From NCBI RefSeq assembly GCF_006345805.1, contig NC_042998.1:930001-994000 (forward strand): a DNA stretch of 64,000 nt, read 5' to 3'. Below the pieces are notes generated by a model. That model was not told the origin of the DNA. It worked only from the letters and a program-made list of their open reading frames with translations, and did not search any database. Of the stretch, positions 36,132 through 47,266 are shown piece by piece. This stretch comes from Octopus sinensis (taxonomy: Eukaryota). The position numbers and the translations under genes are program-made. Position 1 is the first letter of the stretch, and each line of letters begins with the position of its first letter.

Positions 36132-38460
36132 TTACCTATAATATCTCGCATTCACAGGTTTTATTTATCACCAAGACCATATAACGTTTTTTGGGGGGGT
36201 GGGGAAAATAATCAAAATGAAAGTTTACATGTGCTTTTTAATACCAGAAGTAAAAGAAAATTGAAAAGAAGTAGTGTTTACCCCGTGAAATGTGTGATAT
36301 TTCTGCACTTTTACGTTCTCAATGTTGGCTTATACGATTGCTGGTAGCCATGTTTAATTCATGGAGAGAAAATTACCAAACAGATTAGTTAACATTTCTT
36401 TTTACTAACATTTCTTTTTCCTACTTTTATTCCACATTTCTGTTCATTATTTACTAAAGTAAAATTACTCCAACAACTTCTAGTTATATAATTTTAGTTT
36501 GTTATGTCTTTATATAGGATGTAAATAGCAAAATAAGTTCATATATGCTAGACCTGAAGATTGGCAATATAATCGTTTTAATATGGTATTTTATTTAGAG
36601 ACATTCTATTTCAGCAATATCGAGGAATATTTTGTCATTAAATGCGCGTAGTAAAGTATATGATTTGAAATAAGAATTGAAGGTATTAATTTTGATAATT
36701 TGGAATAAGAATTGTAGGTATTAATTTTGATAATTTTAATATTTAGTCCTACATCTACCTATTGTGGATAATGTCATTCAATGATGATTGAGTTGGTTGA
36801 GGGGGATTCTGTCTCTTAAACTTATATATATATAAATTTACACTGATATTTCTCAACTGTTGGGACCGACAAAAGAGCGAAATACCGAAAGAAAACATGC
36901 CAGTAATGTCACAATATTTTATATTTACGCAAAATAAGAAAATCTGAAAATTCAGCGACTGAAATGGCTTCAGTGATAATAACTACATCACAAATAGCTT
37001 AATCGTTGCTGTAGATCGCTTGTCCTCTAAGTTATCCAAAGACAAACTCATTATTCAGCAAGACTAAAATATGTTTGCGTGGCAAGATATAATAAAATTG
37101 ATTGATCTCATTTGCTACATAGTACTTCCTGAGTTGACTGGTTAATGTTCAAAGGAATTACCGAATGAATCAAAGAATTATAATGCAGTTTGATCCTTTT
37201 ACGTTTCAACATTTAGCATGTCAGAAATTATCATAAACTGTTGGAAATTAAGGGCTTTTATAGCGATTCATCACAACTTGACAGCAATAAATCCTTACTA
37301 GAAAACCTTTCTGACGAAGTTACCGCCTGCGAGCTCCACCCATCTGTCAGTTAATGATTGGAATTATTTTTTTGTTAAACTACTCCATCAATGTGCCAAA
37401 CAAAACCGCCACTCAAGGATTTAGTTATGTTTCCCACATTCTTCACCCTGGATATCAATGAGCTTTCATAACGACACACTACTATGCAAATATTATATAA
37501 CACTTCTTTATTTAGCTTTCTGACACTGGCGTCATCTCTGCGTAACACTTATGTCTCATACCAAACACATACTATTTCTATCAAAAGAAAATCGTACAAA
37601 TATTCTCCACTGGTGATGTAACAACCTAGTCCTATTCAACAACACCACAATGTCATTAATACACAAGTTAATAAAACACAAATACACATTAAGAAAGCCT
37701 GCATAAGACCTACGAGTAATTGGCCTCGCAATCTGATGAATTTTCATTGTGATCATGCATTAATAACATGGCCAAAATAGCATCTTCACATTAATCCTCT
37801 TATAAGTCCCTACACTAAAATCTTGCTCTGCTTCAGACAAAAAGATTGTATCACGACCCTAGAATAGTATCCAATTGATGAGCCTAACTTCACTGCAGAC
37901 AAGTTGTAACATCCCTGTCTTTTATACCGTACCCACAAGTGAATCTGTCCTCCAGTAATACTTCCATTTAAGCTTTCCGCTATTCCTTATCATTATTACG
38001 TTTCACTCGCCGAATCATCGTACTTAAACAATTCGCTCAGTCAATCCTCTCTAAAAATGCAACAATCAGAATCTCCTCCCTATCCATGGATCTCTACAAA
38101 AGTTGTCATTGAATATTAAATTTTATCTGCTTCACCATTCAAATTTTTTCACTACCTAAAACCAACGCTATTTCATTATTTTTTGTGAGATAGTTAAGAA
38201 AGCAGCAAGAAGCAGCCGCGGGAGTCAAGGCGAATTATCGCAGTAAATGAACCATCATCACAAGTGTAAATAAAGATTGATAATTTTAAAATATAAAAGA
38301 ATAACTTTAGATTTAGAAGATTTAGATATAAATATAAGAGAATAGGTTTAAATAGAAGCCGTTAAGGGGTACCAAAATGAAAAATGAAAATTATTTCTTG
38401 CTGTTCGGAAGACTTCATCACGCAAAATTATTTAGAAGAGATGAGATGTTTTGAAATATA

Positions 38461-38616
38461 CAGATATGGAAATAATTTATCCTCAAACGCATAATGATAA
38501 TGCTGAATAGCATAACAAGGATAGAAAATCCTTATATTGCAATATAAAGATGTTCTCTCCTGTTGATGCTATTCAGTATTATTATTATGCGTTTGAGAAA
38601 AATATTTCCATATCTG
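38461..38616. mobile_element. Tc1/mariner-type MITE
   Basis: TA|CAGATATGGAAAT...ATTTCCATATCTG|TA; ~60-bp imperfect TIRs. Confidence 0.8.
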
Positions 38617-39295
38617 TATACATATACATTATTTTTGTAAAATAAAGTATTATCAAAAAGCATATAAATATCTGATGAAATATAGGGCTAACTAACATTT
38701 AACTGGAGTGCTGTATGGTAGTTATTACTGCTTTGCTATTTAACGATATGGAATGGAACAGTACATTTCTTTTCGTTATTTTGAATACTAAATATTGGAA
38801 GTACTTCAACATTATTTATTTCAGATATTGTTTAATTAATATTGCTTACCTGTTTGATATATGATAAATAGAAAGTACCAGGATCTAAAATACAAAGTAT
38901 CTAGTGTTGCCTTAAAGTTAATATTATCCCAATTATAACAGAAGTCTTAGAAACAATTGTAAGAAATTTGAACAGTTGTTCGAAAATGTTGGATATCGAG
39001 ATAATTTTCTTGATTTCTCAGAAAAATGTTTTGCTTGGCGCAGCAATGATTTTTGGAAATGTTCCAAACGTCTAAGGCTGCAGAATGTAACTTTATATCT
39101 AGTAATTCAATTCCGGCAGAACAACAATTTGCCAACAATTTCAAATTGCTAATTTTAATGACTAAATACATTTACATTAAAATATTAACAAACAGCAGTT
39201 ATTGTTTTTCATCATTTAATAATAGAGTTGCTTCATAGTCGAACCTGTCCTATACACAGCGATGACTGTTTGAAATAACTCCATGCATCAGCAAT

Positions 39296-39712
39296 GTATT
39301 TCTTTACTACCCACAAGGGGCTAAACACAGAGAGGACAAACAAGGACAGACAAACGGATTAAGTCGATTATATCGACCCCAGTGCGTAACTGGTACTTAT
39401 TTAATCCACTCCGAAAGGATGAAAGGCAAAGTCGACCTCGGCGGAATCTGAACTCAGAACGTAGCGGCAGCCGAAATACCTATTTCTTTATTATCCACAA
39501 GGGGCTAAACACAGAGGGGACAAACAAGGACAGACATAGGTATTAAGTCGATTACATCGACCCCAGTGCGTAACTGGTACTTAATTTATCGACCCCGAAA
39601 GGATGAAAGGCAAAGTCGACCTCGGCGGAATTTGAACTCAGAACGTAACAGCAGACGAAATACCGCTAAACATTTCGCCCGGCGTGCTAACGGTTCTGCC
39701 AGCTCGCCACCT
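39296..39712 (-). mobile_element. Head-to-tail S1 SINE dimer
   Basis: Full copy 39480-39712 plus 5'-truncated copy 39296-39480. Confidence 0.9.
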
Positions 39713-40104
39713 TTCTATGTATCAGCAATGTTCAGACAATGAATGAGATCACAAAATACATTTTGTTACTCTGCACATATTTCGATAGTGGTGGGTTCGG
39801 TTGGCGGAACTATTGTGCTCGTTACTTTATTGATTTTATCCTGAAACTCGCTGTAGCCTTCGGTCTCACCGCAATGTTGATAATTTTCAGAAGTTGTCCA
39901 TTGTCCAGTATCTGAATGTCTTTCGGGATAGTCATTCAACTCCTCTTTATCATCTTTTAGAACCTCCGTGTAAACGTCATCACTCAATTATACCGCTAAC
40001 CCCCACCCATATTATGCAAGCGCTGACCTCCAACCGGCTGTATTGTCTGAATGACAAGAATGAGGGTGTCGGAAAGAATTTCATAATAATAGTAATAATA
40101 ATAA

Positions 40105-40280
40105 TTGTTTCAAATTTTGTCACAAGGTCAGCAATTTTTCTTTTCTTTTAGCGGGAGGATTTTAGTCAATTTTATAAACCCCAGTACTTGAATGGTTCTT
40201 AATTTTATCGACACCGAAAAGCTGAAAAACAAAGTTGACCTCCACGTGATTTGAACTTATAACATAAAAAGCCGGAAGAG
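40105..40280 (-). mobile_element. Degenerate S1 SINE
   Basis: CCCCAGTAC..TTTATCGAC..GAAA..AAAGTTGACCTC..TTTGAACT pattern. Confidence 0.65.
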
Positions 40281-40450
40281 CGCATAAAATTTGAATTTTA
40301 ATCTGCACTAAATGTAACATTTGCGTTGTAGTAAAATTTGTATCGAAAATACAACAAAGATAAAAGAAAGAAAATACGAACTAAGAAACAAAGTTGGGAC
40401 AGTATTTTGTTGTAGTTTCCCTTTCTAAAATTCAAAAGAAGAGTAAATTG

Positions 40451-40880
40451 GGATCTTTTCGGTTTGAACTGCAGTTTTTTTTTCTACCGGTGTCATATGA
40501 AATTGTCACCCATAATTATGACCCTAGTGTCGATCTATTGCATTTCAATCTGTTTTAGGGTTAGGGTTAGGGTTAGGGTTAGAGGTGGGGGAAGGGTATC
40601 TTTTTTTCTTCAGAAATGTAAATAAACTCAATCTGTTTCTTAAACGAGGGACATTTTCATACGGCACAGAATGTTTTCACCTCAATAGACGTCATTGATA
40701 GGTTGAAATTGCAGAAATTGAAGAAAAAAACAACAAATATCTTACAAACTATAGAATTTTCTCAATAAAGCCAAGAGAAAAAGATGTTTTATAAACACAT
40801 TCTACCAGTATACGAAGTTTAAAAGTGTTTAGTTACGTGGAAATTATCTTAAAAAACTGCCGTTCAAACCGAAAAGATCC
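40451..40880. mobile_element. MITE with GG-starting TIRs and perfect 8-bp TSD (Merlin-like), containing (TTAGGG)4
   Basis: TIRs GGATCTTTTCGGTTTGAAC(T/G)GCAGTTTTTT; TSD GTAAATTG at 40443-50 and 40881-88. Confidence 0.85.
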
Positions 40881-42515
40881 GTAAATTGTTTAGGATACAT
40901 TCCGATACTACTTTACTTCACTTTGTAACACCGATAAGATGATATTTATGATTTGAGGAAATCTGCTGCCTCGCCGACAATTTCAAATTGCTAACTTTAA
41001 TAACTAAATGCATTCACATTAAAATATTTAGCAAACAACAGTTATTGTTTTCCTTCAAATGTCACATGCAGATGTAAAATTGATTTTAAAAGTCGAGAGA
41101 AACTCATGAGAAATGTTCTGTCAGTAAATTCTGTTTATCCGTTTGAATTAGCTTAGATGGAATGAAAATATCTGTGGTCTTTGTTTATAAAAGAGGAAGA
41201 AGCCAAATGAAAAAACAAAAAACAAATAATATTAGAACAATCCCGAACACCTAACGCATTAAAAAGTTTACTGGTTTTACTGTGAGTGAAGATACGTTTA
41301 CGCCAAATCTAAGGCTGACCTGGAAAAACAAAACCGAGAACTAGGAAGTCTGGTTAAGTAAGTAGATGAAGTCATGCTAATGTAAGTAATGGAGATTTGA
41401 TTGGAAGTGAGTTGTCGGAGATATGTTGCTTATTATTGGAACATATGAAAACAGATCTTCAGGGAATAGCCGAGGCGAAGTCAGTAAGAGATACCGGGAA
41501 CAGGAACAGGTCAAAGTAGTGTAAGCAGTCACAGATGTATTCGTTTTATATATATTTATCTTTTAAAGAGTGAGAATTCCGGAAAGGACTACTGCTTGAG
41601 TGAGTAGGGGTTATTTAGTTGCCATCAAGTAGCCCAGTCTGAGTAAATCTGTGATCATAGACTTTCTAGCCATGACACCTCGGTCCTTCTTTTTTCTTTT
41701 TCTTTTTTGAGTATTGAGTATCTAAGAATACATTATTCAATATTTTCCGTTCTGTTTAAGGTAGGGAACAATTTCACAAATATTTGTTTACTATTTCTAG
41801 ATGCTCGAATGTTCCCTTTTAACTCGTCTACAAGCAACCTCAAGAAGGAGGAATAACAACATACTTTTCTGTGAATTATCAGTGTGACAATCATGTTGAT
41901 ATAAAGAGTTTAATTATTGGTTTGTTAATTTAGTTTTTAATTTCTTCCCCATCTCTAAAAAGTAACACTATTAACACGTGACTCAAAATATTCTGTTTAA
42001 TTTGATATATCTGATCTTTAAAACTGCTACTTCAAAATCCTTGGATAAGCCAGTTTCTATATGTTGCATGTCTTTAGGATAGAATAATAGAACACGTTTG
42101 ACACTTTTTTCACTTTTGACACGTAATACTGAACCAGTACCTCTGTTATATTGTTTTAATCCAAATGGAAAAAAAAAATTACATGTTGACAATCATTGGT
42201 CTGATAGAATTACCTTGTGAAATTTGATTTGATTTGGTCGAACCATTTGAGAATGCACAGGGAACAGCCAGACAGACAAAGGGTTATATATATATATAGA
42301 TTACACCGTCCAAAGGACGGGTGCGTTTGCTAGTATACCCTATAAATAAACTGTAGTAATATTCGTAATCTTTATTTCTCCCACTGATTGTAAGTACGTA
42401 AAAATATACTTTTGCAACAGTCGTAGGACGTCCATTTTGATGTCTAGTTTACAATCTGGGGCAGCTGATTTTTGTTCTGGGATCCGAAAAAAATCCGAGA
42501 TTCAGAACACAACTA

Positions 42516-43128
<613 letters not shown>

Positions 43129-43338
43129 TATGTGAAATAGAAAGATGAATAATCTTGTAGTAGATTAATCAAAAGTTAACCGATACCTTAGTAGCAAAAA
43201 TCACAGCAGTAAACAGCACGGTTGGAGGTACAACCATCTGGCGTTACAACCGTGCGTTGGTGCAGATAATTGAAATTAAAACATTATTGGTGAATTGAAG
43301 AAATGGAGCTGAACGCAGATTGAACAGAAATCGTTTTA

Positions 43339-43427
43339 TTTCATTCTACACGTGTTTCGAAAGGCACAAATTACCAAAATCCGATTGAATAATGGGACCA
43401 TATTGTGTCTTTCTCTTCAGGAAGAAA
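43339..43427 (-). ncRNA. Type I hammerhead ribozyme (left-arm copy)
   Basis: Reverse complement of 44363-44451. Confidence 0.8.
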
Positions 43428-44362
43428 AAAGGAAATCCGCTGGAAAAACAAAAGCAGAACAGAGGCTGAGCAAAACAAATCGAACTATGTGCTCCTAAGA
43501 GCCATGGCGAAACTGTTTATCAGTGTATGTTGAGAACCGGTGGCTGAAGAATTCAACGGGTCAGGCATCGGTCAATCATGTGGGTGAGGGTGTATAGATG
43601 TTCTTTGTGACCGAGCATAAAGTTCTGACTATTTAAGGAATATTGGATGTTTTATAAGGGGCGAGAAAAAATCTACTTAGAGACGTGTGTGTGTGTATAC
43701 TGTCTATATATGTGGTGTTGGCGTAGGGGTAGAAAACATTTTTTGTGTACGTGTGTGCGTTTGATCGTTCGGCTGTCAGTGGCTACTGCCGTGATAACCG
43801 TGGGTGGCAGAAAGAAAAAAATATATATATATTATGTTTTATGTGTGTGTGTGTGTTCATCTAAGCCTGCCTTGTCAAGGAACCCCCCGCTGTGAAAAAA
43901 GGGGGGTTTCCTTGACAAGGCAGGCTTAGATGAACACACACACACACATAAAACATAATATATATATATTTTTTCTTTCTGCCACCCAACGGTTATCACG
44001 GCAGTAGCCACTGACAGCCGAACGATCAAACGCACACACGTACACAAAAAATGTTTTCTACCCCTACGCCAACACACACATATATAGAACAGTATACACA
44101 CACACACGTCTCTAAGTAGATTTTTTCTCACCCCTTAAAACATCCAATATTCCTTAAATAGTCAGAACTTTATGCTCGGTCACAAAGAACATCTATACAC
44201 CCTCACCCACATGATTGACCGATGCCTGACCCGTTGAATTCTTCAGCCACCGGTTCTCAACATACACTGATAAACAGTTTCGCCATGGGCTCTTAGGAGC
44301 ATAGTTCGATTTGTTTTTGCTCAGCCTCTGTTCTGCTTTTGTTTTTCCAGCGGATTTCCTTT

Positions 44363-44451
44363 TTTCTTCCTGAAGAGAAAGACACAATATGGTCCCATTA
44401 TTCAATCGGATTTTGGTAATTTGTGCCTTTCGAAACACGTGTAGAATGAAA
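44363..44451 (+). ncRNA. Type I hammerhead ribozyme
   Basis: CUGAAGA core 44370-76; helix II 44377-87/44421-31 (10 of 11 pairs); GAAA 44432-35; palindromic helix III ACACGUGU; GUA triplet 44441-43; helix I UUUCUUC/GAAuGAAA. Confidence 0.82.
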
Positions 44452-44502
44452 TAAAACGATTTCTGTTCAATCTGCGTTCAGCTCCATTTCTTCAATTCAC
44501 CA

Positions 44503-44515
44503 TAATATATATTAC

Positions 44516-44600
<85 letters not shown>

Positions 44601-44730
44601 AATATATATCATATATATATACATATATATAATATATATATATTATATATAATATATAGATATAATATATATATATATATATATTATACATATATATAAT
44701 ATATATATATATATACATATATATAATATC
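44503..44730. repeat. Imperfect (AT)n
   Basis: Read directly. Confidence 0.95.
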
Positions 44731-45184
44731 CGGTTCCGTTTTCAGCAGAGAAAGATGTGATTGCCTTTGCTCTGTGAAAAAGTTTGCATAGAACGGCGAA
44801 ATAACCCACTGTAGTTGCAAAACGTAAAACTCTAAGTCATAGAGATCACTACAACACTTTGGTTAAAAATATTTTTAAAAACATATATATAATATATACA
44901 TATACACGATTTTCATTTTCGCCGAAACGCACATGGTGCAAAAATAACTGAATCAAGTTATCTCCTGCAAGAAAGAAAAAAGAAGCATCTCTCCTGAAAA
45001 AAATCCCGTAAACCAAAAAAAAAAATAATCCAGACCACATTGTTGGATTAAGTATCAATTTCATCTATTTCATATTTTATTTATTATTCTATTTTATCTT
45101 TCACTTAGGCCCACATCTTAGTTAAAGTTGCGATCGTCATTTTGTTTGTTTACATTTTCAATATCTGTTCTCGATATAATAATT

Positions 45185-46345
45185 TTCCAGATACTCTATC
45201 TTCTAATTAGCCTTAAGATAAATTAAATAACGTTTAATATGATACCGTCAAATTAGCCTTAGGATTAAATTAAATAACGTTTAATATTGTTTAATATTGT
45301 TAATAATTATTGTTAATTAGCCTTAAGATTAAATTAAATAACGTTTAATATTGTTTTAATATTTAATATTTTTCAGATACTCTATCTTCTAATTAGCCTT
45401 AAGATTAAATTAAATAACGTTTAAATTAATAACGTCTAATTAGCCTTAGGATTAATTAAATAACGTTTAATATTGTTAATAATTATTGTTAATTAGCCTT
45501 AGGATTAAATTAAATAACGTTTAATATTGTTTAATATTGTTAATAATTACTGTTAATTAGCCTTAAGATTAAATTAAATAACGTTTAATATTGTTTAATA
45601 TTGTTAATAATTATTGTTGATTAGCCTTAGGATTAAATTAAATAACGTTTAATATTGTTTATATTGTTAATAATTATTGTTAATTAGCCTTAAGATTAAA
45701 TTAAATAACGTTTAATATTGTTTAATATTGTTAATAATTCTTCAGATACTCTATCTTCTATTAGCCTTAAGATTAAATTAAATAACGTTTAATATTACCC
45801 ACACTCTAATATAATATTAACATTGCTAATATATTTTCAGATACTCTATCTCCTGATTAGCCTTAAGATTAAATAACGTTTTTATCCACACTCTAATATA
45901 ATATTAATATTGCTAATATATTTTCAGATACTCTATCTTCTAATTAGCCTTAAGATTAAATTAAATAACGTTTAATATTAATAACGTCTAATTAGCCTTA
46001 AGATTAAATTAAATAATGGTTAATATTGCTTAATATTGTATATATAATTTTTCAGATACTCTGTCTTCTAATTAGCCTTAAGATTAAATTAAATAACGTT
46101 TAATATTACCCACACTCTAATATAATATTAATATTGCTAATATATTTTCAGATACTCTATCTCCAAATTAGCCTTAAGATTAAATAACGTTTGTTTTACC
46201 CACACTCTAATATAATATTAATATTGCTAATACATTTTCAGATACTCTATCCCCTAATTAGCCTTAAGATTAAATAACGTTTTTACACAAACTTTAATAT
46301 TGTTAATATTTCTTTTCAAGTACTCTATCTTCTAATTAGCCTTAA
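45185..46345 (+). repeat. AT-rich modular tandem array (17 cores) in the probable LINE 5' UTR
   Basis: 17 occurrences of TTAGCCTTA, most followed by (A/G)GATTAAAT..AATAACGTTT; units ~45-100 bp. Confidence 0.92.
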
Positions 46346-46406
46346 TATCTTCCTGTCTTCTCTCGAACATAATTAGATAGATAAACGGATAGACGGATTA
46401 TCCAGC

Positions 46407-47144
46407 ATGTCCAGAGCATGGAGACGTGACGAGCTGGATTTATTCGTACGAGCATGGGAGTGCGCCGGCGGAGATAGCCCTAGCGAGGTGATTGCGGCTG
46501 CGCTGAAGAGCAGAGGCTACAAGAGGACAGCGGCTCAGATGGAGCGAAAGAGACAGGAATTCGTGCGCTCATATGCGCTTGTACGGTCGCACATTGGCGC
46601 ACTTGATGCCATCTTTGAGAACGAGCGGGGCAAAGATGGCAAGAATGGAGACGATGAAAGAAGTCACCCCCACCTGGTGGACGCCCGGGAGGAGGTTTTG
46701 AATGAGAAACCTGCCCGGGAAGTGAACCCAGGTGCAAGTTCTCCAACCGGCAGCAAGGGCCATGGAGACGGAGAACCCGGTGAAGAGGTAGAGGGAGGAA
46801 GAAGAACTAAAAGAAGGACTGGAAGAGCTAAAGGAAAAGAAAAAGCTCAAGCAGGACCAAAGAGTGAAACAACCAGGAATAGAAGTGGAACCGCAAAGGA
46901 TGGAACCAAACAGCGCACACGGGTGTGTATGTTCTACCTGAGAGGTTCCTGCTGGCATGGAAAGGAAGGTGCAGGCTGCCGCTTTGCACATCGGGGACCC
47001 TGCCACAGAGACACGAGGCAGATGGACAAACCATCAACACAAAGAAAAGGGATGGACCACGCACCACCTGCCCAAAGCGGAGGTACGCAGATGTTGTGCG
47101 CGCCACAAACAGCCAACATGATGTTGCCGAAAGAGCAGTGCTGA
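46407..47144 (+). CDS. LINE ORF1: Myb/SANT-like (trihelix) domain + CCCH zinc finger
   Basis: 245-aa uninterrupted ATG ORF; W..DE...FVRAW...IAAALKSRGYKRTAAQ..RK....RSY; C-x7-C-x8-C-x3-H (CMFYLRGSCWHGKEGAGCRFAH). Confidence 0.75.
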   Translation: MSRAWRRDELDLFVRAWECAGGDSPSEVIAAALKSRGYKRTAAQMERKRQEFVRSYALVRSHIGALDAIFENERGKDGKNGDDERSHPHLVDAREEVLNEKPAREVNPGASSPTGSKGHGDGEPGEEVEGGRRTKRRTGRAKGKEKAQAGPKSETTRNRSGTAKDGTKQRTRVCMFYLRGSCWHGKEGAGCRFAHRGPCHRDTRQMDKPSTQRKGMDHAPPAQSGGTQMLCAPQTANMMLPKEQC

Positions 47145-47266
47145 GCAACAATCTTTTTGTGCATGGCACAAAAGATTGTACAGCAGCTGACCTGGCTTCA
47201 TCAAACCCAAGCCCGCAGGTGGGACTACCCACTATATACCAGACCACCACAGCAAACAGACACAGG

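Larger units (their letters stand above)
43283..44506. mobile_element. 1.2-kb palindrome; probable Penelope-like element remnant with inverted pseudo-LTR
   Basis: ~605-bp arms (43283-43888 and 43901-44506), 12-nt spacer, one hammerhead motif per arm. Confidence 0.7.

Noticed and set aside
37470-38170. Possible solo LTR or retroelement fragment on the minus strand (TATAAAAG, AATAAAG)
   Set aside because: No TG..CA ends, TSD, second copy or protein motif found.
39105-39215. ~110-bp similarity to 40960-41060 as a local duplication
   Set aside because: Diverged, with unrelated flanks; more likely two fragments of a dispersed repeat I cannot classify.
40555-40578. Interstitial telomere or chromosome-fusion scar
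   Set aside because: Only four units, and they lie inside a TIR/TSD-defined MITE.
45185-46345. CRISPR-like array (constant core with variable intervening DNA)
   Set aside because: The intervening segments are recurrent modules rather than unique spacers, unit lengths vary widely, there are no cas genes, and the context is eukaryotic.
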